A stretch of DNA of 63,491 nt, filler included, from Octopus bimaculoides (Eukaryota): NCBI RefSeq assembly GCF_001194135.2. It is 5 parts of 5 records of this genome, joined end to end, with 100 filler letters (N's around TTAATTAATTAA, not from the genome) between each part and the next. Parts side by side here need not be neighbours in the genome. Positions count along the whole stretch, not along the records: positions 27,135 to 47,753 come from NC_068983.1; 4 more parts are not named here. One strand, given 5' to 3'. The translations under genes and the position numbers were made by a program. Under the pieces are notes generated by a model. The model worked only from the letters and a program-made list of their open reading frames with translations. It did no database searches and was not told the origin of the DNA. Shown here in pieces: positions 27,135 to 39,239 of the stretch. Position 1 is the stretch's first letter; each line of letters begins with the position of its first letter.

Positions 27135-27344
27135 CCCTCCCTCCCTCTCTCTTTACCTTTTTTAGTCACAACTTGTATAAGCACTTGAGAACTTACATAA
27201 AGTTGGCCAAAGACAAAACTGAAACAAACAATATATGCGGAGGAGCAGAAGAGAGGTTGTTGCTAAGAGACTGTGGGTTGCTTTGCTTGAATAGCATTAT
27301 AGTACAGAGGTGAATTTCGAATTTATCGTAAAGGGGTAGTTTGG

Positions 27345-27715
27345 CAAGGCTATGTGATCAAGAAGCTCGCTTTGCAACCAACCGGTTTTGGTTTCAGTCT
27401 CACTGTGAGGTACCTTGAGCAAGTGTCTTCTGCTGTAGCTCCAGGGCCAACAAATACCTTAAGAGTGAATTTGGTAGATGGAAACTGTGCAGAATCCCGG
27501 ATTCCGCACATGTGTATCCTGCACACTGCTTGCTAACTAGTGGTAGTTTGTTTATGTCCCTTTTATTTAGCGATTCAGTAAAAAGGGAATAGAATAGGCA
27601 ACAGATTTCAAAAAATTAGTACTAGGATCAATTTGTCTGACTAAACCCTTCAAGCAGTGCTCCAGCATGGCCGCAGTTCAGTTCAAAGACTGGAACAAGT
27701 GAAAGGTAAAAGATA
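27345..27715 (+). mobile_element. SINE-A, old copy
   Basis: GTACCTTGAGCAAGTGTCTTCTGCTGTAGC and GTGCTCCAGCATGGCCGCAG are recognisable. Confidence 0.75.
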
Positions 27716-28364
27716 TCTATATACATATACTTTTCTACTCTAGGCACAAGGCCCGAAATTTTGGGGGAGGGTGTCAGTCGATTAGATCGACCCCAGTACG
27801 CAACTGGTACTTAATTTATCAACCCCGAAAGGATGAAAGGCAAAGTCGACCTCGGCAGAATATCTATATACATATACACACAACGACAGGCTTCTGATAG
27901 TTTCTGTCTACAAATTCACTTTGGTCAGTCTGGGATGAAAATAGAATACACTTGCCCAAAGTGCCATGCAGTAGGACTGAACCCCAAATTATGTGGTTGT
28001 GAAGTGAACCGCTCAACCACACAGCCATGGCCATAGGTGTACCTAATTTTAATTATAAATCCAGGAATTATCTCCCCTACCTTTCTGGCCCAGAATTAAT
28101 TATTAACATAATGATGTTTCCTCCTCACTAGTGGAGCACTTTTAATTAATCAAAATTCCTTGGTTCTCTAAATTTCATATGTTAGCACCCAATTTGCCAT
28201 TCGTCTTTATTTCTGACGTAGAATCTTAGACTGTAGGACTTCACAAAACCCATGTGGTTACCATTTCAAAGACAGTATGGAATGTATTCAAGGAGGATTG
28301 GTTGCTTGCAGAAAATATATCAAAGCCAAGAACACTCCTTCCCATTGCTCGGCAGCTTATTTTG

Positions 28365-28475
28365 CTGAGACATCAGACTCAGATCTCACCCTCAACTTTC
28401 TCTTCATTCTAATTCTTGAAGCAATTAAGGAAGAATTATAAATTGGCTGCCCACGTAAAGAATTCTATGTGCAAA
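28365..28475 (+). mobile_element. Decayed RTE-type RT core fragment
   Basis: HQ..SDL.P.LFILILEAIKEEL*IGCP..FY resembles the HQGS.LSPLLF...LEAI.EE.K.GCPWELLYADD segment; frameshifted. Confidence 0.45.
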
Positions 28476-29004
28476 CAATTCAATTCTCAAGACAGATACA
28501 ATACAAGGAATATAAAATATCATTGAAAGGTTTCCTATGTCAATTAGCAACTCTAAAATAATCCACACAAATAAATAATAAGAAAGTAAAACAGCCGAAC
28601 AGCTCCAAAGGAATAGCCATGGTCAATATGAAAAATATGTTGGCAATAGGGGTGAATCCCCTAACCTTAAGGGTCACAGTATAATTCTGCAAGAGTTTAC
28701 TTTTCGTTTTGCCTCTGTTTTTCCATGCTAGCATGGGTTAGATGGCTATATTATTGAAGCATTGCCTTACAGCTGGATGCCCTTGCTGTCATTAACCCTT
28801 GTTGGAAACATGTAAAGGATCTCTTATTTTACATGTTTTTGAATAGAATGATTTGTTGAAAATTCATAAGAATAACTGTATCATTCATGGCTTGCAGATT
28901 TTGCATAACACAAATGTAAATGAATACACATACTCACACATTTCTACGTGTGTTTTTTCTCACACATTTCTACGTGTGTTTTTGTAACCCTGTGAACCAA
29001 TCTC

Positions 29005-29375
29005 TTCAATAATACCATCGTACCAGCACTTTTATACGCAAGAGAGACATAGGCTACCCAGAGAGTCGTGGGAAGATCCGTGTTAGGAATATCCGTACAG
29101 GAGTATATCCAAAACAAGATAATTCAAAAAATTTGTGTGAAGTGAACAATGTGATTGCAGAATACAAAAAGCACAAACTCTACTGGGTTGGACATGTCAC
29201 AAGGCTCAAAAACAATGGGAAAACCTGTGCTGTTATCAAGTGATATCCAAGAGATAGGAAAAGGCCACTCGGAAGACTGCCAAGATGATGGAAAGACGAT
29301 AAAGTCAAACAATTTGGGCCCAAATAGAAGAGAAGGGTGCGATCAAGGAAAGAATGGAAGCACTTTGTGACTAGT
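29005..29375 (+). mobile_element. RTE-1-like LINE fragment
   Basis: FNNTIVPALLYARET*...YKKHKLYWVGHVTRL...*YPRDRKRPLGRLPR*WKDD; typical RTE-1 C-terminal W.GHV and RP.GRP..RW motifs. Confidence 0.82.
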
Positions 29376-30420
29376 GATGTATAGAGACGTCTGATTGCTT
29401 GGTCAAATAAAGACATAAAATATATCGAGAGATAATTAACCTGGTAGATCTGAGTCTTCTCTGAGTTAATAATCGGGTTAATTAAACTTAATACAGAAAG
29501 CTAATGAAACACAGTGATGCTCCTGTTTACAGTAACAAACTGCTTTAACCTGAGCCACTTAATTGGAAAGCTTCTTTAAAGCTGTGAATTTGTATGATGG
29601 CTGGTATAAATGTTGGTTGGTTGATTTTTCTAGTCACGCTTAACGTTTTATAGCGAGAGACAAGGAGAGGAGAGAAAGAGAGAGAGAATAAAAGAGTAAG
29701 AGGTGCAATATTAGTACACATGCTAGGTTTGGTGGCTAGCAATGAGTAAAGGAACACTCTGCACACATACACAAACGAACACAGTGAGAGAAAAAAATCA
29801 AAGACAGAGGAAGAGGAGGAGTTCAAATTTTGCAGAGCTAGGTTTTCAAAGGAGTGGATTATGATTATGTTGATAAAATATTTAAATTTAGATAAAATAT
29901 TTAAATTTACATAAATATCACTTTAAAATGTAAGGCTTTGACTTCACAAAACCCAAGATGAAATATGGGGTGGGGTGGGGGTGGCGGTGTTATCTTATAG
30001 AATTTGGTAACAAAAAGGTGAATGACCATAAACACATTGGACAATGTCCGAAAATACATTTAGTGGCATTTCCTCTGGCTCTTTATGTTTTAAGTTCAAA
30101 TCTAGCAGAGGTCAGCTTTGCCTTTTGTTCCTTTGGGGTTGTTAAAATAAAGGATAAGTCAAGTACTGGGGTCAATTGTATTTATCCTTTATCTTTTACT
30201 TGTTTCAGTCATGAGACTGTGACCATACTAGGGCACCACCTTGGAGAAATTTTAGTTGAATGTACCGTCCCCAGGACTTATCTTTTAAAAGCCTGGTACT
30301 TATTCTAGTGGTCCCTTTTGCCGAACTGCTAAGTTATGGGAACGTAAACACACCAACACCGGTTGTCAAGCGGTGGTGAGGGGACAAACACAGACACAAA
30401 GACACATACATTGACATATA

Positions 30421-30819
30421 TACGAGGGTAATCCCAAAAGTAAGGTCCCCCAAAATATTTAGAAATCACAGAAACGTTTATTGTCAATAATGTTTACATC
30501 ATTTTTAAGTTTGAACATTTATCTATTTTTCTACATAATCGCCATTTCGGTCGATGCATTTTTGTAGGCGCTGGGGCAGTTTTGTATGCCCGTGTCATAC
30601 CAGTTCACCGCCATGTCGTTGAGGAAGTGTTGAACCTCATCGCTCACCTCGTCGTCGTTGCTGAAGCGCGTTCCTGGCCAAATGTTCCTTCAACTTAGAG
30701 AACAGGTGGTAGTCACTGGGTGCAAAGTCCGGACTATAAGGAGGGTTGCTGTTTATGGTCTTCTGTGAGCATTCGTGGGACCCATCTTGCGCAGACCTTC
30801 CGTAAACCCCAGGAACCAA
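30421..30819 (-). mobile_element. Mariner transposon deletion derivative (3' part plus TIR)
   Basis: GLRKVCARWVPRMLTEDHKQQ is fused to PPYSPDFAPSDYHLFSKLKEHLA/GTRFSNDDEVSDEVQHFLNDMAVNWYDTGIQKLPQRLQKCIDRNGDYVEK*. TIR TACGAGGGTAATCCCAAAAGTAAGG starts at 30421 on a TA. Confidence 0.92.
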
Positions 30820-31229
30820 NNNNNNNNNNNNNNNNNNNNNNNNNNNNNNNNNNNNNNNNNNNNNNNNNNNNNNNNNNNNNNNNNNNNNNNNNNNNNNNNN
30901 NNNNNNNNNNNNNNNNNNNNNNNNNNNNNNNNNNNNNNNNNNNNNNNNNNNNNNNNNNNNNNNNNNNNNNNNNNNNNNNNNNNNNNNNNNNNNNNNNNNN
31001 NNNNNNNNNNNNNNNNNNNNNNNNNNNNNNNNNNNNNNNNNNNNNNNNNNNNNNNNNNNNNNNNNNNNNNNNNNNNNNNNNNNNNNNNNNNNNNNNNNNN
31101 NNNNNNNNNNNNNNNNNNNNNNNNNNNNNNNNNNNNNNNNNNNNNNNNNNNNNNNNNNNNNNNNNNNNNNNNNNNNNNNNNNNNNNNNNNNNNNNNNNNN
31201 NNNNNNNNNNNNNNNNNNNNATATATATG

Positions 31230-31423
31230 ATGGATCGCTATCCACTACACATTCTTTATTTTCTTTCCTTGTTTCTTTCTCTGTTCCTTTCTGTGGAAGA
31301 GCGTAGGCTCGAAACGTTAAAGACTTTTTCACTTCCCGAGCGTTATACTAATACATCTGTTTGTTGTCTCCACCACCTGTCTTCGTCTTTTGTTTTTTCT
31401 TGTGAATTCTCCCTATATACATA

Positions 31424-31478
<55 letters not shown>

Positions 31479-31610
31479 GTATATATGGGTACAGGACGTC
31501 ACCAACGGTGCAAATATCATGAAATACGTAAACAACGAGAGAAAATGGAAAATAGGACAAGTAAACACAGAGAAAGGACTCTTCATCAGTTGTCGGCTGT
31601 CATTTCAAGC
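31230..31610. mobile_element. Penelope-like terminal repeat fragments (partial second copy at 45255-45350)
   Basis: GAAGAGCGTAGGCTCGAAACGTT and CTGATGAAG motifs; CCCGAGCGTTA(T/A)ACTAATACATCTG shared with 45255-45350. Confidence 0.45.
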
Positions 31611-32293
31611 GGGCTTCTTTCAGTTTCCGTCTACTAAATCCACTCACAAGGATTTGGTCGGCCCGAGGCAATAGTAGAAGACACTTGCCCAAGGTGCTAC
31701 ACAGTGAGATTGAACCCAGAACCATGTGGTACAGAAGCAAGCTTCTTACCAAACAAACAGCCTGAACAACATCCTTCCTTCCAGATTTAAAGCCTTTTGC
31801 CAAATTTTGAAATTATTATGACTAGAATATTCTAGAAATATGAAATATAGATCAAACATTCTTATTTTATTTCCTCGTTAATTTTTTAAAAACTTTTTTT
31901 TTACTTCTTTTTATCTTTCCTCTATTTTTTATATTTTTATTTCTGCATTTTGTCCTGTTTTTTTTTAATATCATTTCTGATCTTTCTCACTTATTCTTGG
32001 ATTCTCGTCTTATTTCGTTCTTCCTTTTAATGATCCGCCTTCTCTGTCTATCTCTCATTCCGTGTGTATGTGTGTGTGCGTGTGTGTGTGTNNNNNNNNN
32101 NNNNNNNNNNNNNNNNNNNNNNNNNNNNNNNNNNNNNNNNNNNNNNNNNNNNNNNNNNNNNNNNNNNNNNNNNNNNNNNNNNNNNNNNNNNNNNNNNNNN
32201 NNNNNNNNNNNNNNNNNNNNNNNNNNNNNNNNNNNNNNNNNNNNNNNNNNNNNNNNNNNNNNNNNNNNNNNNNNNNNNNNNNNNNNNNNNNNN

Positions 32294-32332
<39 letters not shown>

Positions 32333-32645
32333 AATATATATAATATTAATATATATATAGACATATACAATCACATATACATGTATATATGTATGTATAT
32401 ATATATATATTATCATCACCATCGTTTAACGTCCGCCTTCCATGCTGGCATGAGTATATATATTACACACACACTCACAGACACACATATATATACATAC
32501 ATACGCCTACCTCCATAAATATTACACATGCACATGCCAAATGGTCTAAATTTATAGGGAACAATTTAACAAAGATATACCCACACATACATACACACAC
32601 ACACATACATACACACACATACATTTACATATATATACATAATAC

Positions 32646-32722
<77 letters not shown>

Positions 32723-33679
32723 NNNNNNNNNNNNNNNNNNNNNNNNNNNNNNNNNNNNNNNNNNNNNNNNNNNNNNNNNNNNNNNNNNNNNNNNNNNNNN
32801 NNNNNNNNNNNNNNNNNNNNNNNNNNNNNNNNNNNNNNNNNNNNNNNNNNNNNNNNNNNNNNNNNNNNNNNNNNNNNNNNNNNNNNNNNNNNNNNNNNNN
32901 NNNNNNNNNNNNNNNNNNNNNNNNNNNNNNNNNNNNNNNNNNNNNNNNNNNNNNNNNNNNNNNNNNNNNNNNNNNNNNNNNNNNNNNNNNNNNNNNNNNN
33001 NNNNNNNNNNNNNNNNNNNNNNNNNNNNNNNNNNNNNNNNNNNNNNNNNNNNNNNNNNNNNNNNNNNNNNNNNNNNNNNNNNNNNNNNNNNNNNNNNNNN
33101 NNNNNNNNNNNNNNNNNNNNNNNNNNNNNNNNNNNNNNNNNNNNNNNNNNNNNNNNNNNNNNNNNNNNNNNNNNNNNNNNNNNNNNNNNNNNNNNNNNNN
33201 NNNNNNNNNNNNNNNNNNNNNNNNNNNNNNNNNNNNNNNNNNNNNNNNNNNNNNNNNNNNNNNNNNNNNNNNNNNNNNNNNNNNNNNNNNNNNNNNNNNN
33301 NNNNNNNNNNNNNNNNNNNNNNNNNNNNNNNNNNNNNNNNNNNNNNNNNNNNNNNNNNNNNNNNNNNNNNNNNNNNNNNNNNNNNNNNNNNNNNNNNNNN
33401 NNNNNNNNNNNNNNNNNNNNNNNNNNNNNNTATATATATATGAATGATATAAAATATTTTTATAAATAATGAGGTAGAATCAAGTCTACAATCCCAGATT
33501 AATGCGCATATTGTACACATTTATACTACAGCATTGCGGTTGGAAAGTAAACTTCTTATCGCGGAGACATGCCTGCGCCAGATATGAGGACAATGTTCCA
33601 AATATCATTTTATTAACATATTTATCAACAGCTTATTTTCACGAGAAGCCAGTACGGTAGTTTGAAGGAGTTGACACTC

Positions 33680-33905
33680 AATATTATGACGATGAGGGTT
33701 CCAGTTGATACGATCAATGGAACAGCCCGGTCGTCAAATTAACGTGTAAGTGGCTGAGCACTCCACAGACACGTGCACCCTTAATGTAGTTCTCGGAGAG
33801 ATTCAGCGAGACACAGAGTGTGACAAGGCTGGCCCTTTGAAATACAGGTACAACAGAAACAGGAAGAAAGAGTGAGAGAAAGTTGTGGTGATAGTGTGCA
33901 GCGGG
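33680..33905 (-). mobile_element. SINE-C, 5'-truncated
   Basis: Matches the 3' 225 bp of the 37744 copy. Confidence 0.85.
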
Positions 33906-34119
33906 ATAGACTCCAAATACATCACAAAAGCTTACAGACACACTCATATACACGCATGCTTCTGTCCATGACGCCTCCACCTATGCATGTATGTATGTAT
34001 GTATGTATGTACTTATGTACGCATGTGAGTATTTAGGTATGTATGTACGTATGTATGCATGTATGGTATGCGCGCGCGTATATATATAAATATATATGCA
34101 CCATTTAGGGGAACTGTTA

Positions 34120-34460
34120 CAACTTAGGAATTGGATATAGCTTCGATAACTTCGATAGGTTTCGGTCAGTATAGGCCCAGGCTATGTCTAACTTGATAGC
34201 ACCACATGGTGAAGTCTTTTAGTCATATATGGGGCACCATACCCACTCTAGCAAAGAGTTATTATTGTTGGAGACATATCCGGGTGTAGGAGGTTGATCC
34301 GAGATTTTTTGAAGAAATTTGTCCAGTGAACATTTGAATTTTATGGGATCCGTTTCCGTTTTGACGTATTTTGGTATGGTATTAAAGAGAGCTGGACCGG
34401 TTGAGGTAAAGTAATTGTAACGTAATGCTGCTATGTGTACCGAGTTCTGGTTTTGTAGTG
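34120..34460 (-). mobile_element. CR1-type LINE 3' fragment (second family)
   Basis: LRYNYFTSTGPALFNTIPKYVKTETDPIKFKCSLDKFLQKISDQPPTPGYVSNNNNSLLEW; runs into a gap. Confidence 0.85.
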
Positions 34461-36228
34461 NNNNNNNNNNNNNNNNNNNNNNNNNNNNNNNNNNNNNNNN
34501 NNNNNNNNNNNNNNNNNNNNNNNNNNNNNNNNNNNNNNNNNNNNNNNNNNNNNNNNNNNNNNNNNNNNNNNNNNNNNNNNNNNNNNNNNNNNNNNNNNNN
34601 NNNNNNNNNNNNNNNNNNNNNNNNNNNNNNNNNNNNNNNNNNNNNNNNNNNNNNNNNNNNNNNNNNNNNNNNNNNNNNNNNNNNNNNNNNNNNNNNNNNN
34701 NNNNNNNNNNNNNNNNNNNNNNNNNNNNNNNNNNNNNNNNNNNNNNNNNNNNNNNNNNNNNNNNNNNNNNNNNNNNNNNNNNNNNNNNNNNNNNNNNNNN
34801 NNNNNNNNNNNNNNNNNNNNNNNNNNNNNNNNNNNNNNNNNNNNNNNNNNNNNNNNNNNNNNNNNNNNNNNNNNNNNNNNNNNNNNNNNNNNNNNNNNNN
34901 NNNNNNNNNNNNNNNNNNNNNNNNNNNNNNNNNNNNNNNNNNNNNNNNNNNNNNNNNNNNNNNNNNNNNNNNNNNNNNNNNNNNNNNNNNNNNNNNNNNN
35001 NNNNNNNNNNNNNNNNNNNNNNNNNNNNNNNNNNNNNNNNNNNNNNNNNNNNNNNNNNNNNNNNNNNNNNNNNNNNNNNNNNNNNNNNNNNNNNNNNNNN
35101 NNNNNNNNNNNNNNNNNNNNNNNNNNNNNNNNTATATATATATATTGATATATATGTATCTATACATCTATATCTATCTATCTCAGAATGAGATAAAAAA
35201 AAACCAATGTGGTTTTGAGCACTCATCCTCACTGTCTGATATTAGCGTATACATACATACATACATACATACATACATACATACATACATGCATACGTAC
35301 TTACATCTTGAAGAACCCTATGCTTGGAGAGAAACAGACATACATTTGTCTTACTCAGCAAATTTTATTTCATTTATATACTCACATACATATATAATAC
35401 AATAATACAATACAGTAATTATATATATGTGTGTTGTTTTGAAAAGAAGGGGCAGTGTGCATGACGCTTGTATACGAGCCCAACGAGACATCAATTCTAT
35501 ATCATTGCTAACCTATTAAAGAGATCTTACCACTGCCGCCTCAGATATTTGATACCCTGTCTTTCAGGATTTCGTACCATAATTCTCTTGCATAGAAATT
35601 AAAAGATATGCCATCATTTGTCCATACTAGTGGTAAATGGCGGGGAGAATATATCGTATTTCTCCAGTCGAGATTTGATTTCAATCTACTCTGAAATTAT
35701 CAGCTATGCCGAATAAACTCTCATTCCAAGGCTGGGTGTAGGCTGAGGAGATTTATTATTGTTTTTGCTACTGTTGTTTTCTCTAGCCCTGGGACAAATC
35801 GCATTGAGCAAGCCTATGTTCAAAGGTATTTCAGCCATCACATTTCTGTATTTTTTTCTCAAAGCTATCTAGGACTGTATAATACCCGATGCATTCTTTA
35901 TTTACCATGTCACAGTGTGACCCGAGATTTAACTGCTATTTCAAGCATGTCGATTAACCACATAGATGCTCTCACATTGACTCTATATATATTGTGGTAG
36001 TGCATACATGAGATATCATGCGATAAATTAGAATATTCATAGACATAGGCATGGCAGTGGGTTTTAAAAAGTTCGCTTCCCAACCACATAACTTCGAGTT
36101 CAGTTTCATTGCATAGCACCTTGGCAATTCTGCTAGGGGATTTGTCGATTACATCGACCCAAGTACTTGACTGGCAATTAATTTTATACACCCAGGGGGG
36201 TGAATTGAAAAGTTGACCTCGGCGGGAA

Positions 36229-37168
36229 GCGAAATTTTTTCTCCCCAGTATGAACTCATTTGCATACAGCCAATCAGAGCTCAACTATCAAACTAATTCA
36301 TGGGCGCATAACAAGTGATGGACGATAAGATAAGATCACTTGGGTAAGGAACGGCCATGCTTCTTTTCTCTTTTAATAAAACTTGCTGTTTTTGTTCTTG
36401 TTCAACCATGGCTGCCTCTGCGTAATTATTTGTGTTATTGTTTACTTTGTAAAAAAAAAGGGGGGAGAGGGTTGCTAGCACATCACCCTCTACCCACATT
36501 TCTCCCATCTACATATTTACCACATGGGGCCCTAACAAAATCCGATAATAGGTATAGATGCAAATCTATCTAATTACTTGTTTTNNNNNNNNNNNNNNNN
36601 NNNNNNNNNNNNNNNNNNNNNNNNNNNNNNNNNNNNNNNNNNNNNNNNNAGTATGAACTCATTTGCATACAGCCAATCAGAGCTCAACTATCAAACTAAT
36701 TCATGGGCGCATAACAAGTGATGGACGATAAGATAAGATCACTTGGGTAAGGAACGGCCATGCTTCTTTTCTCTTTTAATAAAACTTGCTGTTTTTGTTC
36801 TTGTTCAACCATGGCTGCCTCTGCGTAATTATTTGTGTTATTGTTTACTTTGTAAAAAAAAAGGGGGGAGAGGGTTGCTAGCACATCACCCTCTACCCAC
36901 ATTTCTCCCATCTACATATTTACCACATGGGGCCCTAACAAAATCCGATAATAGGTATAGATGCAAATCTATCTAATTACTTGTTTTCTTCTAAAATCAG
37001 GCATAACTTGGCGATCGGTCGATTTACAACACCCGTTCTTCGTCTTGAGTTTACTTGGTAGAGTGTGCTTGTTAACTTGACATCGAGGTCAAGATGAGCT
37101 CTGATTGGCTGTATGCAAATGAACTCATTGCTGGGGCTCCGGAACTCTCGTGCGAAAAAGAATTTCGC
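36229..37168. mobile_element. MITE with octamer+CCAAT-bearing TIRs (true length about 540 bp; 403 bp of duplication plus gap added by assembly)
   Basis: Left CCCCAGTATGAACTCATTTGCATACAGCCAATCAGAGCTCA (36243-36283); right TGAGCTCTGATTGGCTGTATGCAAATGAACTCATTGCTGGGG (37095-37136); outer GCGAAATT / AATTTCGC. Confidence 0.72.
36247..36987. other. Assembly overlap artefact: 36247-36584 repeated identically at 36650-36987 across a gap
   Basis: Identical sequence and identical ORF-track peptides at offset 403. Confidence 0.85.
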
Positions 37169-37743
37169 CGGCAGGACGTTAAGTGACGGAACTTGAACAT
37201 AATAATGAGATAAATATAGATTTTAGTATTAAAGCGTTAGGTTTGTCACCTTTTGACAAAGATTTCTTTCAATGAAATTTCCAGAGCAAAATAAATATGC
37301 CTAACAATGAGGAACAAATGAACTAAAATTTAATATTCAAACGTAATTCGGATGGCAGATAATGAAGCTATCGTATTTCTAAAGCATACTAAAAGTATTG
37401 AAATAGCAGACTTGCAGTTGCTATAATTAGAGTAATCAAATTAATGAAATTTACTCATTAATTTACTGAGAATTGATGTCAGTAAACCGATACGAGTTTT
37501 CGAGAGAAAAAAATCCGGGCTGTTTTTCCTTTTTCAAAGATAAAGAATATGAACGACTTTATCGTTTCAGTCGCAATCAGAAACTAAAGTGAGAGTATGG
37601 GGTGACAGCACTAAATAATGTATGAATACAAATTTCTTACTAGTTCAAATATACTTGCGACATATTGGAACCTGTGAAAAAGTCATTCACTGTAGTCATG
37701 GAGAAAATTTTTCTATGACGAAATACAAGTTAGTATTTAACGT

Positions 37744-38123
37744 GAGTGGAGGCGCAATGGCCCAGTGTTAGGGCAGCGGACTCGCGGTCATAGGATCGCG
37801 GTTTCGATTCCCAGACCGGGCGTTGTGAGTGTTTATTGAGCGAAAACACCTAAAAGCTCCACGAGGCTCCGGCAGGGGATGGTGGCGAACCCTGCTGTAC
37901 TCTTTCACCACAACTTTCTCTCACTCTTACTTCCTGTTTCTGTTGTGCCTGTAATTCAAAGGTCAGCCTTGTCACACTGTGTCACGCTGAATATCCCCGA
38001 GAACTACGTTAAGGGTACGCGTGTCTGTGGAGTGCTCAGCCACTTGCACGTTAATTTCACGAGCAGGCTGTTCCGTTGATTGGATCAACTGGAACCCTCG
38101 TTGTCGTAACCGACGTAGTGCCA
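37744..38123 (+). mobile_element. SINE-C, full length, tRNA-derived head
   Basis: GGCGCAATGGCCCAGTG-TTAGGGCAGCGGACTCGCGG...GGTTTCGATTCCC; homologous copies at 17434-17823 and 33680-33905. Confidence 0.9.
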
Positions 38124-38484
38124 GTACTATAGTTAAATAAAACGTTAATGTTATCGATGCCTTCATCATCTGCTCACTTGATTACGCTTGAACATTACAC
38201 TTTTGTTAATTTGGCTAATTTATTTGGCTCTGGAAATTTTTCCGAGAAAAATCTTTGTCAAAGGTGGGTACTACTAGAAATTATATTTCATTACTGCATT
38301 TGTATTCCGCCACATACTTCTAGCATTGAACTGACATAATCGTTAACACGTAGGACAAAATACTTAACCGCATTTCTTCCGCCTCTTTAATGAATTCAGA
38401 TCCTGTCAGAAAGACTTTGCCTTTCATCCTTTCGGGGTTGATAAAATAAAGCACAAATAGTGAGATCGATATAATCGACTACCT

Positions 38485-38672
38485 CAGTGGTTCTCAACCG
38501 GGGTCCACATGATTTTGTTTAATTCTATGTGCTATAAATTGGCTGTAATAATTTTTTAAAATAAAATTCCTAATAACGATGAATCATAAAAATATTAAAA
38601 TTTTAAAATATGGAATGGTTATAAGGGTCCACCTGAGTAAAATAGGAAACAACGGGGTTCAAAGGTTAAAAA
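38485..38672. mobile_element. hAT MITE, same family as 52552-52804, opposite orientation, right end lost
   Basis: Starts CAGTGGTTCTCAACC; internal GGGTCCACCTGAGTAAAATAGGAA matches the reverse complement of the 52.6-kb copy. Confidence 0.75.
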
Positions 38673-38674
38673 TA

Positions 38675-38836
38675 GGCAGAGATAAAGAATACGTACCCCA
38701 ACCGTTTTCGGCGTAACGAAAACCCTAATTCTTACCCTAACCCTAACCCTAAACCCTAATTCTAACTCTAAACCCTAACCCTAAACCCTAATTCTAACTC
38801 TAAACCCTAACCCTAAACGTATTCTTTACTTTCGCC
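38675..38836. mobile_element. Inverted-repeat-bounded element carrying degenerate (CCCTAA)n
   Basis: 12-bp perfect IR TAAAGAATACGT / ACGTATTCTTTA, internal hairpin GTTTTCG-6-CGAAAAC, about 80 bp of CCCTAA/CTCTAA units, A-runs on both flanks. Confidence 0.6.
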
Positions 38837-39239
38837 AAAAAAANNNNNNNNNNTTTGCGTAGTTGGCTACTCTTCTGATGAGGGTATCTGGACATTCAAC
38901 CAGCTCCGTTGTGTGACTGTTAGAAGTCCCTGCAACTTTTTGTTGCGTGGCCCCATCCCTTCAATCAAAATTCATAATCTACGCACCTTTTATTCATGGC
39001 TATATTTGACTTTATTCCATCTGAAGTTCAATATTTCACGTTATCCTAAAGAACATCTTTAAACGTACAACAAGTTAAATTTATCTAGATCTATTGCAAA
39101 TTTCAATAAGTATAACTTCCAGATATGAATAAAAGAGCATTTTTATAATCCAAGCAACTTTCAAAGACAAACAGCGCACTTTTGCTTCGCTAAATCATCG
39201 ATCAGTTCAGAATAATCAAGCTGAGAGCTAAGTTCGTGT

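Larger units (their letters stand above)
30190..31765 (-). mobile_element. SINE-A split by nested insertions (3' half 30190-30420, 5' half 31611-31765)
   Basis: Both halves are on the minus strand and break at the internal microsatellite. Confidence 0.75.

Noticed and set aside
29500-29620. Cluster of TGTTTAC, TAATTG and similar motifs suggesting an enhancer
   Set aside because: Short motifs in AT-rich DNA cannot be supported without conservation or chromatin data.
35556-35690. 45-codon open frame on the minus strand ending LKDR, considered as MIF exon 2
   Set aside because: Too short (MIF exon 2 is about 58 codons), lacks the P..M.F.GS..P.A...SIG pattern, and has weak splice signals.
36293-36976. 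Duplicated 71-aa and 77-aa ORFs suggesting a tandem gene pair
   Set aside because: Identical copies either side of a gap inside a MITE; assembly overlap.
37744-37830. tRNA-like sequences at SINE heads (also 23917, 41298, 53930)
   Set aside because: They have A/B boxes but no complete cloverleaf or acceptor stem and continue into SINE bodies; not tRNA genes.
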